NCBI GenBank assembly: GCA_965215565.1
Contig: CBDCDZ010000004.1
Location: 3,680,001-3,744,000, forward strand
Source: Trueperaceae bacterium
GTDB taxonomy: Bacteria > Deinococcota > Deinococci > Deinococcales > Trueperaceae
Direction of reading: 5' to 3'
Length of the DNA stretch: 64,000 nucleotides
The notes under the pieces were generated by a model that did no database searches, had not been told where the DNA came from, and was given only the letters and a program-made list of their open reading frames with translations. Shown here in pieces: positions 38,664-48,799 of the stretch; position 1 is the first letter of the stretch; every line of letters starts with the position of its first letter. The translations under genes were made by a program, and so were the position numbers.

Positions 38664-38914
38664 GAGAAACCTCCAAACGTCACCGCCGCAGCGCGGCGCT
38701 ATGACCTGTTCACAACTCGGACTTGCAAACCAACTACCCTCACTTGTGTATATAACACATAATGAGTAAAGATAGTAGCATAGTGTGAAATTTAGCGCAT
38801 CTCACGACGATTCTAAAGTTAGGCGCTGTGAAATACGCTATAGTTGTGCCTGCAGCGTAGCCAATAGTACAACTATACCTATCTTCTCACACGCGCCGCG
38901 CTTAGTATGAAAGG

Positions 38915-38984
38915 ACCACCGGGAGCGTAGTCGGGTGTTTCAGGGGAGGCGAAGGGCTCGCTTAGAGAGCGAGCCCTTTCTTTT
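38915..38984 (+). ncRNA. Candidate small RNA
   Basis: TAGTAT at 38903-38908; plus-oriented terminator AAGGGCTCGCT-TAGAG-AGCGAGCCCTT-TCTTTT; both flanking genes are on the minus strand. Confidence 0.35.
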
Positions 38985-38998
38985 GCCCATTTTTAATA

Positions 38999-39349
38999 TT
39001 AGCCGCCCATCTTGACGAGCGGTCTGTATTCGGGGTGACGCTGGATGTACGCCTTGACGAAGGGGCACAGAGGCGCAGTGGTCATGCTGTTGTCGCGGAC
39101 GTACTCGAGCCCCGTCTTCGCCAACGCGCCGCCGATACCCCTTCCTTCTAAGCTTTCGGGCACTTCGGTATGCGTAAAGATATAGGTGTTGCCGACTTTC
39201 ATGTATTCCAGCACGGCGGTCTGTCCCTCGATTTGCGCCTCGAAGCGGTTGTTGTCTTCGTCGTGTGTGACCTCGACCTCTTGCGAGGTCTTATCCACGT
39301 GGTCGGCGAGTTTCTCGCTCTGCTCAGCTTGTTTAGGGTTGTCGCTCAC
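38999..39349 (-). CDS. GNAT acetyltransferase, YjdJ-like
   Basis: FTHTEVPESLEGRGIG, PLCPFV..YIQRHPEY. Confidence 0.9.
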   Translation of the reverse strand: MSDNPKQAEQSEKLADHVDKTSQEVEVTHDEDNNRFEAQIEGQTAVLEYMKVGNTYIFTHTEVPESLEGRGIGGALAKTGLEYVRDNSMTTAPLCPFVKAYIQRHPEYRPLVKMGG

Positions 39350-41249
39350 GGTTCACCTCCGTAGAGGCTATCTTACTCGTTTCTAGTCCGCTCGTTTCCG
39401 GCGAGGTGTCTTCCAACACGTAGAGCCCGCCGTTGCGGTCCGAGGCGTAGATAAAAGGAGAGCCGGGCAGTTTATGAATACCCCACACATCCTGCACGCC
39501 GCCGTTCTTCGCTTCGAACGTTTCGTCCGCACCTTTGAAGCGCGCGACTTCAACCGGGTTGTAGGGATCGCTGATGTCGATGACGAGCACGCCCTCGGCG
39601 TACCAGGAGACGTAAGCCTTATTCCCTTCGATGATGAGGTTGTGGCTCGAGTAAATTCCTTCTGAGTTGCAAGTTTCTCCGTCCGGGTAGGCGCTGCAGC
39701 GGGTGTTGAAGGTAGACGCCAACACGGGGTTCGCCGGGTCGCTGTAGTCCCAGATGCGCAAGCCGCTCCAGCCGCTCGCGCTCGTGCCTACCGTGACCTC
39801 TTGACCTGTCATGCCGACTTCTAACTCACTTACGTCATTTACCTGGGCTAGCTCGAGCCCCACGCTGTGACCCACGAACGCGCCGGAGATGTCCGTGGGC
39901 GCGTCGCCGCCCATCTGCACCAACGCTTCGCCGTCCGCTTTGGTATTAAAGACGATGACGCCCGCATAGCCCGCTTGCTTCGCCATCGTCGTCTTAAAGG
40001 TAAAGGTGCAGCCGCCGCGCAAGATGAGGGCGAGCTGAGCGTCGGAGCTAGCCTCGGGCATCCCCTCACAGCCCCTTCCTACATAGACCGTCGGACCTGA
40101 GAGCGTTTCACCGGGCAGTGACGCGATAGGCGTAAGGATGGGACCTTCGACGCTCATGAAGGTGCTGCTCTCAGTTTGAACGGTGGTGCTGTAAGGATCA
40201 AAGTCCTCTTCGCCCTCCACGACGGTGGTACCGTCCGCCGTCGTCCAGACCGAGTGGCTGTTGACTTCGCCGTCTTCGCTTAGGGGCTCGAGCGCCACGC
40301 TCACGACTCGGGGGTTCGCGATGTCCGAGAGGTCGAGCCGGATGAGGCCCGCGTCCCAGTGGGCGAGGTACGCCGTCATACCGTCACCGGTGATGTAGTG
40401 ATCGTGCAAGTAGCGGTTGGCGGACTGACCGAAGCCATCACTGAGATAAGCTCGAGCCTCGTCGAAGAGGTCTTCATCCGTTTCGCTGACCCAATCGACG
40501 CCGGGGAACTCGAGCACTTCCGGTCCGAACGAACTCACGAGCCGCGCGTTCTCAGGCTCGGTGATGTCGAAAATCTGGAAGTTACCCAAAAAGGTGTAGA
40601 CCTGCGCGGCGACGTAGTCGCGCCCGTCACGGGAGAAGAGGTAGAGGTTGTGCACGCCCTCGTCCTGATGATCGGGGTCTTCTCGTAAGGTCTTGTTGAC
40701 GACGTCGGTCCGCACGTGCGCGAGGTGAACGGGGTTTAGGGGATCGTCTACGTCGTAAATCTCGAAGCCGCCCGCGCCGTCACGCGCACAGCGCTCGTTC
40801 GAGTGAACGAGGATGTCGCCGCCGTTCATCGCCGCGACTTTCACGTCGTTGACGCGGCTGCCTTTGACCGACGGCAGCGAGCCGACGCGCCCGATTGTTT
40901 GCGGGTCACGCACGTCGAAAACCTGCACGCCCGCCTCGCCGACTTCACCGTCGCCGCACGGGTCCATAAAGGTGCCGATATAGGCGTAATCGCCGTGCAC
41001 CCAAACGTCGGTCGTGGCGTTCGCCCGCACACGCTCGCCGCGCCCGGCGAGCTTCAGTTGGCTCCTCCACGCGCCCTGCGGACCGTCACTCACTACGTCG
41101 AAGCGGATGTCGCTCGTCGGCACGAGCGGCGCACCCAAGTTGACCGCGATACCGCCGTCCTCAAACGTGATTTCGTCGTGCGCCGAGGCGAGGCTCAAAA
41201 GGAGCAAAACCGCGCCTATCCATCCGTATTTCGCGCTAAAATAGTTCAT
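39333..41249 (-). CDS. Secreted LVIVD-repeat protein with inserted PA domain
   Basis: DVWVHGDYAYIG, repeated IYDVDDPLNP-type motifs, ALILRGGCTFTFK..A..AG, SDRNGGLYVL. Confidence 0.85.
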   Translation of the reverse strand: MNYFSAKYGWIGAVLLLLSLASAHDEITFEDGGIAVNLGAPLVPTSDIRFDVVSDGPQGAWRSQLKLAGRGERVRANATTDVWVHGDYAYIGTFMDPCGDGEVGEAGVQVFDVRDPQTIGRVGSLPSVKGSRVNDVKVAAMNGGDILVHSNERCARDGAGGFEIYDVDDPLNPVHLAHVRTDVVNKTLREDPDHQDEGVHNLYLFSRDGRDYVAAQVYTFLGNFQIFDITEPENARLVSSFGPEVLEFPGVDWVSETDEDLFDEARAYLSDGFGQSANRYLHDHYITGDGMTAYLAHWDAGLIRLDLSDIANPRVVSVALEPLSEDGEVNSHSVWTTADGTTVVEGEEDFDPYSTTVQTESSTFMSVEGPILTPIASLPGETLSGPTVYVGRGCEGMPEASSDAQLALILRGGCTFTFKTTMAKQAGYAGVIVFNTKADGEALVQMGGDAPTDISGAFVGHSVGLELAQVNDVSELEVGMTGQEVTVGTSASGWSGLRIWDYSDPANPVLASTFNTRCSAYPDGETCNSEGIYSSHNLIIEGNKAYVSWYAEGVLVIDISDPYNPVEVARFKGADETFEAKNGGVQDVWGIHKLPGSPFIYASDRNGGLYVLEDTSPETSGLETSKIASTEVNRERQP

Positions 41250-41430
41250 AAGATACTGTTTAGTGTACTCGAGGTAGTGTGCTCAGCGCGCGCGTTTGGG
41301 TCACAGAGGAGAAGCGAGTCAGCATAGGCGAAGGCTAAGAGCCTTTGAGCTTTGCTCTAACCTGTGTCAGCACTTCAAGTTTTTAGGTTTTCCTGGCTTG
41401 CTGAAACGCTGACAGGCTGACACGCTTTCC

Positions 41431-42261
41431 TTACCGCGCAGGCAAGAGGTCAAACACTGCCAGTTCTGCCGGGCAGCGCAGCCGCGCCGGGAAGATCACG
41501 GTGCCTAGACCTCTCGAGACGTATGCGAGAGGTAGCGCGCGCTCCTCCACCCAGCCCGACGCGAACCGCTGACCGTGCGCCGACGAGGTGAAGACCGGAC
41601 CCCAGCCGGGCAGACGGACCTGCCCACCGTGCGTGTGCCCGCAGAGCGTGAGATTGACCTCTTGCGGAACATCCGGGATGAAGTCGGGGTTGTGGGCGAG
41701 GAGCAAGCAGGCGGCATCTTCGGGGCGGTTGCGCAGGGCGCTGACAATATCGGGCGCACCTCTTTGGGCGTCGTCCACACCTGCAAGGTAGAGGTCACTG
41801 CGGAGCTTGACGCCCCGGTTATTCAAGATGTGGACGCCCGCGCGGTTTAAGGCGGACTCGAGCCCTCGCAAATCTGCGAAGCGCGCGTGATCGTGGTTGC
41901 CCCACACGCCCCAGACCCCGAGCGGCGCGCGCAGGTCGAGCAGCGTACGTTCTAGTTCCTCTAAACTGCGCCCGAACCAGTGATCGACGAAGTCCCCGGT
42001 GGCGACGATAAGGTCGGGCTGCTGCGCGTTCGCCGCGTCTACCCACTCGCGGACGGCGGCGTAACCGACGAAGGGTCCGGTGTGAAAATCGCTGAGGTGC
42101 ACCACGCGGAGCGGCTGGTTCAACTTAGGCAGAGCGCGGCGGTGACGCGTCACCTCGAAGCGGTAGGCGTTTTGAACGACGCGAGCAGCGAGATAGGTTA
42201 CGGTGAAGCTCGCTACGCCCGATAAGGCACGCTGTAACGCGAGTTTAAGAGGTCGTTTCAT
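41431..42261 (-). CDS. Metallophosphoesterase (YkuE/YaeI type)
   Basis: SDFH, TGDFVD, GNHD, AHNPD, GHTHGGQ, SRGLG. Confidence 0.92.
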   Translation of the reverse strand: MKRPLKLALQRALSGVASFTVTYLAARVVQNAYRFEVTRHRRALPKLNQPLRVVHLSDFHTGPFVGYAAVREWVDAANAQQPDLIVATGDFVDHWFGRSLEELERTLLDLRAPLGVWGVWGNHDHARFADLRGLESALNRAGVHILNNRGVKLRSDLYLAGVDDAQRGAPDIVSALRNRPEDAACLLLAHNPDFIPDVPQEVNLTLCGHTHGGQVRLPGWGPVFTSSAHGQRFASGWVEERALPLAYVSRGLGTVIFPARLRCPAELAVFDLLPAR

Positions 42262-42431
42262 CAGACAAGCTTAACGCGAAGCGTCGCTTATACTGCTTCG
42301 TTTGTGCGCCGTGGCGGTCCTTGTTGCGCTGCACATCTCCACTACCTAAGCCAATACGGTTCGTTCGGGCTGTGGCTGGCTCGAGCCTTCCCAAAAAATA
42401 TCAGTAACCAAAGTTCAACAAGAGGTCACGA

Positions 42432-43742
42432 ATGAAAACGAACCCTGCACGCCCCATGACCGAAGCCGCGCAGATGGAGCGGGTGCTCCAAGCTGACCCG
42501 CAGCGCAGCCGAGTCATCGAACGTACGCCCTTCTACTACGGCTGGGTCATCCTGCTCGCGGGCACCTTCGGCATCATGATGACGACGCCGGGGCAGACGG
42601 TGGGCGTGTCCGTCTTTCTGGACAAGATCATCGCCGACTTGGGCTTGCCGAGGGCGACGGTCTCGCTGCTCTATACCGTCGGCACGCTCATCGGTTCCTT
42701 CTCGCTGCCGTTCGTCGGGCGCTTCATCGACCGGCGCGGGCCGCGCTTAGCTGTCATTCTCATCACCTCACTCTTCGCGCTGGCGTGCGTGTGGATGGGT
42801 TTTGTGAGTGGGCTCGTGGGGCTGCTCGTCGGCTTCATCCTGATTCGCGGCCTCGGGCAAGGGGCGCTCTCGCTCGTCAGTTTGTACGTCATCAACATCT
42901 GGTTCGTGCGGCGGCGCGGGCTCGCCATCGGGCTTTCGGGGCTTGGGATGGCGCTTGCGACGAGCTTCTTTCCGCTCTTGATTGAATACTTGCTCGCGCA
43001 GTTCGGCTGGCGCACCGCCTACATGATGCTGGGCGGGCTCGTCGCGCTCACTATCTTGCCCGTGGGCGCACTCCTCTTCCGGGCACACCCGGAGCGCTTC
43101 GGCTTGCAGCCCGACGGCACCTCGCAACCGAGCGACGCGCCCGCCGAGGTCAGCTACAGCTTGGCGGAGGCGCGGCGCACGCTGACCTTCTGGCTCTTCG
43201 CGCTCGGCTCGGTCTGCGTGTCGGCGCTCGGGACGGGGCTTATTTTTCATCACTACGACATCATGGCGGCGCAAGACGTCACGCGGGTCGTCGCCGCGAC
43301 GATGTTCGTCCCCTTCGGGCTGGTGATGGCGGGCTCGAACCTGGTCACGGGCGTGCTCGTGGACCGCTTGCGCCCCAGGCTCTTGCTGAGCGCGATGCTG
43401 CTCCTTTTGTGCGGGGCGCTCGCCCTCGCGCCGCAGGTCGGCGGACCTCAGATGATGCTCGCGTACGGCGGGCTCTTCGGTTTTTTACAGGGGATGCAAG
43501 GGGCGATTCAGGGAAGCGTGTACGCGCACTACTTCGGGCGCGAGCACATCGGCTCGATCAAGGGGTTTGTCACGACGCTCTCGGTGGCGGGGACGGCGTT
43601 CGGACCGTTTCTGTTCGCGGTGGGGGTAGGGGTGCTTGGCAGCTACGCGCCTACCCTTTTGCTCTGTGCTCTCTTACCTCTTGTGGTGGCGGTGGCGGCG
43701 CTCTTTATCAAACCGCCTCGAGCCGCGCTTGCCTCCGGCTGA
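42432..43742 (+). CDS. MFS transporter
   Basis: FYYGW, GRFIDRRGPR motif A, WFVRRRGLAIG, ~12 TM helices. Confidence 0.92.
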   Translation: MKTNPARPMTEAAQMERVLQADPQRSRVIERTPFYYGWVILLAGTFGIMMTTPGQTVGVSVFLDKIIADLGLPRATVSLLYTVGTLIGSFSLPFVGRFIDRRGPRLAVILITSLFALACVWMGFVSGLVGLLVGFILIRGLGQGALSLVSLYVINIWFVRRRGLAIGLSGLGMALATSFFPLLIEYLLAQFGWRTAYMMLGGLVALTILPVGALLFRAHPERFGLQPDGTSQPSDAPAEVSYSLAEARRTLTFWLFALGSVCVSALGTGLIFHHYDIMAAQDVTRVVAATMFVPFGLVMAGSNLVTGVLVDRLRPRLLLSAMLLLLCGALALAPQVGGPQMMLAYGGLFGFLQGMQGAIQGSVYAHYFGREHIGSIKGFVTTLSVAGTAFGPFLFAVGVGVLGSYAPTLLLCALLPLVVAVAALFIKPPRAALASG

Positions 43743-43751
43743 GACGCTTCT

Positions 43752-45023
43752 TTAGCGCTTCAGCAGCGACAACATCTCAATGTGATGGGTCTGCGGGTAG
43801 AAGTCGAAAGGTTGAAAGCGTCTCAGGATGAGCCCTTGAGCCTCGAAGTGCGCGACGTCCCGTGCCCACGTCGCCACGTCGCACGACACGTAGAGGAGGC
43901 GCGACGCCGAAGAGGTCAGGATGGCTTCGCGCACGCCCTTCGCGAGCCCCGCCCTGGGCGGGTCTACGACGATGAGGTCCGCGCTCGGAAGAGGTCCGAG
44001 TTTTTTCGCGTCGGCGCGTATAAAGCTCAGATTCTGGACGCCTAGACGCGCCGCGTCGCGTTCGCCGCGCACCACGCTGCTCTTGTCCACTTCCAACGCG
44101 GTGACGCGCCCGAACCGCTCCGCTAGATGAAGCCCGATGATGCCCGTCCCTGCGTAGAGGTCCAAAGCCGTTTCGCCGGAGCCCGCCCAGTCCTTTAGCT
44201 CGGCGTAGAGGAGGCTCGCCGCCGCCGGGTTCGGCTGCGCGAAGCTCGTTGCCGACACGCTCACCGCGAAGTCGCCGTAGCGCTGCAAAAGGGCGCGCTC
44301 GCCCGCTAAACGTTCGGAGCCGCTGCGGAACCTGCCGCGCGGATCGTAAGGCGCGTAACTGACGCCGACGACGCCGACGTCCCTTTTTAAGAGGTCGTGC
44401 GCAAAAGGGAGGTAGTTTTTGGGCGACGCGCTCGCAACGAGCGACATAAGCGTTTCGCCTGCGTCGTTACAGCGGAAGACGACCTCGCGGATTCCTTTTG
44501 GCACGCCTTTGGGTGCGCCCTGCCACCTCTCCCACACGCGGTTGATACTTTCGTGCGCAACGGGGTCAGCGGGAAGCGTAATGATCTCTTGTTCTCCCGG
44601 TTTCCTGTAGCCAAGCCCACCTCTTGTCACCGCAGGTTGAACCGTATGGCGGTAGTGCAGAGCGCTAGGTGCAAGAACAACTTCGGGAACCTCAACCTCT
44701 CGCTTCAAGCTGCGCGCTAGGGCGTCCGCTGTGACCTCCCGCTTGAGCGCCAATTGACGCTCGTAGGTGGCGAAGCTGTAGTCGAGACCGGGGTGCGGGC
44801 TAGCCGGAACGCGCTCGGGGCTCGCCTCGAGCACCCGAGCCACCTCGCCTTGCAGCACGCCGGAGCGCATTTCCAGAACGGCTTCCACCCGCTCGCCCGG
44901 CAGCCCGCCGCGCACGAGGGCGATGCGCCCGTCCGCCAAGCGCGCCAAGGCTGCGCCGCCGTGGACCATCCGCTCGAGCCTCAACGCTTCTTTCACCGGT
45001 CTATTCAAAAGCTTTTTATTCAC
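43752..45023 (-). CDS. RlmD/TrmA family RNA m5U methyltransferase
   Basis: TRAM-like N-terminus, SFAQPN, LDLYAGTG, VDPPRAG, YVSCD, DFYPQTHHIE. Start uncertain (45023 or 44996). Confidence 0.9.
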   Translation of the reverse strand: MNKKLLNRPVKEALRLERMVHGGAALARLADGRIALVRGGLPGERVEAVLEMRSGVLQGEVARVLEASPERVPASPHPGLDYSFATYERQLALKREVTADALARSLKREVEVPEVVLAPSALHYRHTVQPAVTRGGLGYRKPGEQEIITLPADPVAHESINRVWERWQGAPKGVPKGIREVVFRCNDAGETLMSLVASASPKNYLPFAHDLLKRDVGVVGVSYAPYDPRGRFRSGSERLAGERALLQRYGDFAVSVSATSFAQPNPAAASLLYAELKDWAGSGETALDLYAGTGIIGLHLAERFGRVTALEVDKSSVVRGERDAARLGVQNLSFIRADAKKLGPLPSADLIVVDPPRAGLAKGVREAILTSSASRLLYVSCDVATWARDVAHFEAQGLILRRFQPFDFYPQTHHIEMLSLLKR

Positions 45024-45065
45024 GAGGTCATCACGGCTCAAGTCTAACGTGTCAGCGCTGCATGA

Positions 45066-45180
45066 AATAGCAGGTATCATCTGGTTTGAGACACTCTCAC
45101 TATGCAAAGCGGTGTCTAGCACGCACATTCGGAGATGATATCTGCGCTCATCCGTCTCAGTATGTCTTGGAACTGCTAAA
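45066..45180 (+). repeat. MITE-like repeat family A, copy 1
   Basis: ATAGCAGGTATCATCTGGTTTGAG...GATGATATCTGCG...CAGTA; matches 48037 and the reverse complements of 50603 and 61347. Confidence 0.82.
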
Positions 45181-45398
45181 ACGTCCCTAAATGTCGGTCA
45201 AGTTGTGCCGAAAGGGATGGCGAGAAGAGAGCCTCTCCCTTTCTCGCACCACCTTCGCCCTACCCACTTTTTGGCTCATAACCCCTGTAAGGGAACTGCC
45301 TCAAAAAGCCATACCTCACTCGCAAAACTGATTTGAGTCACAATTTGGCACTGCGCCCCTAAACACGTGTGAAATTTCCTGCTATACTGCGCAGCAAT

Positions 45399-46496
45399 AT
45401 GAAACGTTCTCTACAGGAAATTGTCGAATTGGTCGTCTTCGGTCTTATCGCCCTCGTCGTCGCCACGGGCCTTCTCTGGGTCTTCGGTCAGATCATCGTC
45501 TGGGTCGGCGTGCTCTTCAAGCTGCTCGCCGGGCTGCTCTGGTTCTTGCTCAAGTACATCATCCCCGTCGTGGTCATTGTCGGCGCGGTCTACGCGCTGG
45601 TGAAGCTCATCCAGCGGCAGCAAAGCCAAAGTAGCGCGGTGACGGTTGGAGCCGGTGGCAATAGCCCGGCTGCATCTTCAACGAGCCCTTCTTCTATGAG
45701 TGCGGGTTCTACAAATACGGGCAGCAGCGTAGCCGTCGCACCTACCTCGCCCGCGCAGCCCGTCGAAGCGGAGCCCGTCGAAGAGTCTAAGTCAACCTCG
45801 ACGAGCCAGCCCTCAGACAAGCCCGTCGAAACAGTTGAGGCGGAGCCCGTCGAAGAGTCCAAGAGTGGCAGCTCGACAAGTCAAACTGGCGGTAGTGGCG
45901 CGTCAAGTTCGGCGAGCAGCTCGAGCGCAGGCAAGTCGAGTGGCGACACATCCGGTAGCGGTGCATCAAGTGATAGTACGCCGAGTGGCAGTACGTCGAG
46001 CGGCAGTTCAGCGAGCAAGAGCGGCGACGCGAGCGGTAGCGGCTCGAGCAGTGGTTCGTCCGGTGGCAAATCGAGCAGCGCTTCGACCAGTGCGAGCGGT
46101 AGCAGTGCAGGCTCGAGTAGTGGCGCGGGTAGCAAGGGTGGCGCATCAGATAGTGCTTCAAGTCAAACCGACGACGATGAGAGTGTAACGTTTAGAACGG
46201 GCGGCGCGTCAACCAAGGAGGGCGGAAGCGTGAAGACCAGCGAAAAGGACGGCGCTTCGGGGGCTAGTACGCCAGACAGCAGCTCGTCGAGCGGCAGTGA
46301 GGTGAGCCAAAAGCCTAAAGATAGCGACGCTGGAGCAGAGCGGAACTGGGCGCAGAATAAAGACGAGAGCGGTGCATCGAACTCAGGCAAGGGACAAGGG
46401 AGCAGCGCTTCAGGCTCGAGTAGTAACCAAAGCAAGAGTGACCAAGGTAAGGGCAACCAGAGCAAGGGTAACCAAGGTAAGAACAAGAAAAACTAA
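45399..46496 (+). CDS. Membrane-anchored Ser/Gly-rich low-complexity protein
   Basis: N-terminal TM segments, repeated VEAEPVEESKS, long S/G/A tail, GNQ repeats. Confidence 0.8.
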   Translation: MKRSLQEIVELVVFGLIALVVATGLLWVFGQIIVWVGVLFKLLAGLLWFLLKYIIPVVVIVGAVYALVKLIQRQQSQSSAVTVGAGGNSPAASSTSPSSMSAGSTNTGSSVAVAPTSPAQPVEAEPVEESKSTSTSQPSDKPVETVEAEPVEESKSGSSTSQTGGSGASSSASSSSAGKSSGDTSGSGASSDSTPSGSTSSGSSASKSGDASGSGSSSGSSGGKSSSASTSASGSSAGSSSGAGSKGGASDSASSQTDDDESVTFRTGGASTKEGGSVKTSEKDGASGASTPDSSSSSGSEVSQKPKDSDAGAERNWAQNKDESGASNSGKGQGSSASGSSSNQSKSDQGKGNQSKGNQGKNKKN

Positions 46497-46533
46497 CAGT
46501 TTAGGTTGAGGAACACGCCTTGGGTGTAAATCG

Positions 46534-46564
46534 AGTCCGTCAGAGCAGCCTCTGACGGACTTTC
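46534..46564 (+). terminator. Intrinsic terminator-like hairpin
   Basis: AGTCCGTCAGAG-CAGC-CTCTGACGGACT-TTC. Confidence 0.7.
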
Positions 46565-46662
46565 TCCTTGTTTGAGGGTTAAGCGCCTGCTACTCTATGA
46601 GTACACAGCGCAGCCTAGAAGCGTCTAGTTTGTTACACTAATATGGTGAATTGAGGTAACCC

Positions 46663-47856
46663 GTGACCATTGCACCAACATCCACCCAAACAACCTCTCA
46701 CCTCCAAGACTTCTACGACTTGGAACCTCTTTATACGGGTGAGGAGAAGCGCCTTCGCGACGAAGCGAGGGCGTTCGCTGCCGAGGAAATTTTGCCGCAC
46801 ATCGGCGCGTGGTGGCAGGAGGGTCACTTTCCCGAGCATCTACCTCGTCAGTTTGGTAAGCGCGGGCTCTTAGGCGTGACGCTGCCCAAGAGGTATGGCG
46901 GCGCGGAGGCGTCCGCCACGGCGTACGGTCTCGTCAACCGAGAGGTAGAGTACGGCGACTCGGGGATGCGCTCGTTCGTCAGCGTGCAGTCAAGCTTGGT
47001 GATCTACCCGCTTTACCGCTACGCTTCTGAGGCGCTGCGCCAAAAATGGCTGCCGCGACTCACCAGCGGCGAAGCGGTGGGCTGCTTCAGCCTGACGGAG
47101 CCGCACGGCGGCAGCGATCCCGCGAACATGAAGACGACGGCGCGGCGCGTCGGCGACGAGTACGTGATCAGCGGTCGTAAACGCTGGGCGACAAGCGGGC
47201 TCATCGCGGATATCGCTATCATCTGGGCGAAGGACGAAGAGACGAGCAAAGTCGCGGGCTTCGTCGTAGATACGGATACGCCTGGCTTTAGAGCGGTCGA
47301 GATTGCCCAGAAAGCCTCCATGCGGGCGTCCATCAGCGCGGAGCTTCATTTGGAAGAGGTCGCCGTGCCCGTCGAAAACAGGCTCGAGGTAGAAGGTCTG
47401 CGCGGTCCCTTGTCCTGCTTGAATCAGGCGCGTTTCGGTATCTCTTACGGCGCTCTCGGCGCAGGGTTCTTTTGCTTCGAGGAGGCGGCGGCGTACGCGG
47501 GGGAGCGCGAGATGTTCGGCGTGCCCTTGTCGAGCAAGCAACTCGTCCAGGCGGAACTCGCCAACATGCTCGCAGACCTCACCAAAGGCAGTCTCCTGGC
47601 GTACCACCTGGGGCGTCTCAAGGAGCGCGGCGAGGACACGCCCGCGAGGGTTTCGCTCGCCAAGCGCGACAACGTGCGCGCAGCCCTGAACGCCGCGCGG
47701 CGTGCGCGCGACATCTTAGGCGGCAACGGCATCACGACGGAGTACGGCAGCATCCGGCACATGTTGAATTTAGAGACCGTCTCTACATACGAAGGAACCG
47801 ACAGCGTGCACACCTTAGCGCTCGGGCGCGAGATCACGGGGCACAGCGCTTTTTAG
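46663..47856 (+). CDS. Acyl-CoA dehydrogenase (glutaryl-CoA dehydrogenase-like)
   Basis: DSGMRSFVSVQSSLV, CFSLTEPHGGSDP, SLAKRDNV, ILGGNGI, TYEGT. Confidence 0.92.
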   Translation: MTIAPTSTQTTSHLQDFYDLEPLYTGEEKRLRDEARAFAAEEILPHIGAWWQEGHFPEHLPRQFGKRGLLGVTLPKRYGGAEASATAYGLVNREVEYGDSGMRSFVSVQSSLVIYPLYRYASEALRQKWLPRLTSGEAVGCFSLTEPHGGSDPANMKTTARRVGDEYVISGRKRWATSGLIADIAIIWAKDEETSKVAGFVVDTDTPGFRAVEIAQKASMRASISAELHLEEVAVPVENRLEVEGLRGPLSCLNQARFGISYGALGAGFFCFEEAAAYAGEREMFGVPLSSKQLVQAELANMLADLTKGSLLAYHLGRLKERGEDTPARVSLAKRDNVRAALNAARRARDILGGNGITTEYGSIRHMLNLETVSTYEGTDSVHTLALGREITGHSAF

Positions 47857-48036
47857 CGCGTGCGAAAAGCGAGTTGGTTGAAGTAATACGAGGAGAATTC
47901 AGACTACGAGGTGCTGGCTTACTCCGGCGTAATAGCCGCGTAACAATAAGGGGTTGCAACCCCTTGTTTACCTTTGACCTATCACAAGTATAGAAGGAGA
48001 GGGCAGAATGTGAGGAATAGCGTTCCTTCTGTGTTC

Positions 48037-48151
48037 TATAGCAAGTATCATTTGGTTTGAGCCAGTCTCACGCTGAAGAACATCGACGAGCACGCACATT
48101 CTTAAATGATACTTGCGCTATTCCAATTCAGTACTTCTGTGAATTGCTTTA
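48037..48151 (+). repeat. MITE-like repeat family A, copy 2
   Basis: TATAGCAAGTATCATTTGGTTTGAG...CAGTACTTCTG...; the end overlaps the udk stop codon. Confidence 0.75.
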
Positions 48152-48799
48152 GTCCTCTCGAGCCCTCTCCGCCTGGTAGCCCTCTACAAAGCTCCTTACG
48201 AAGGTGCTCAGCACCTCTAGCGCCACCCGGTTCTTCCCGCCCTCGGGGATGATGAGGTCGGCGTGTTGTTTGGTGGGCTCGACGAAGAGGTCGTGCATCG
48301 GCTTAACGCTTCGTCGGTATTGGTCGATGACGCTCTGAGCGCTCCGCCCCCGCTCCCGTACGTCACGTTCTAAGCGCCGGATGAAGCGCTCGTCGGGCGG
48401 CGCGTCCACGAAGATGCTGAGCGAAAAACGTTCGCGCAGAGGGGGCTCGTGCAAGACGAGGACGCCCTCGACGACCATCACAGGTGCGGGCTCCAACCTT
48501 ACGGTGTCCGCCGAGCGGTCGTAGCGCGAGAAGTCGTAGACGGGCTGCGCCACGCTCTCGCCGCGCAGCAGCGCGTCGATCTGCTCGACTAAGAGGTCGG
48601 TATCAAAGGCGCTCGGCTCGTCGTAATTGGTGCGCTGCCGCGCCTCGAAAGGCAGCTCAGGCAGCGCGTGATAGTAAGCGTCTTGCGGCAAGGTGACGAC
48701 GCGCTCCGCCCCGGCTGCTCGCGCGATGGCCGCGCTCACCGTCGTTTTCCCCGAGCCCGTGCCGCCCGCGAGCCCGATCACGAGAGGTTTGCGCGCCAC
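48149..48799 (-). CDS. udk: Uridine kinase
   Basis: GGTGSGKTT, QDAYY, VVEG, RRLERDVRERGRS, FVEPTKQHADLIIP. Confidence 0.95.
   Translation of the reverse strand: MARKPLVIGLAGGTGSGKTTVSAAIARAAGAERVVTLPQDAYYHALPELPFEARQRTNYDEPSAFDTDLLVEQIDALLRGESVAQPVYDFSRYDRSADTVRLEPAPVMVVEGVLVLHEPPLRERFSLSIFVDAPPDERFIRRLERDVRERGRSAQSVIDQYRRSVKPMHDLFVEPTKQHADLIIPEGGKNRVALEVLSTFVRSFVEGYQAERARED

Noticed and set aside
38664..38900. c-di-AMP (ydaO) riboswitch before the 3D-domain gene
   Set aside because: No conserved riboswitch motifs recognised.
45024..45128. N-terminal extension of the methyltransferase ORF
   Set aside because: It runs into a family A repeat; the true start is probably 45023 or 44996.
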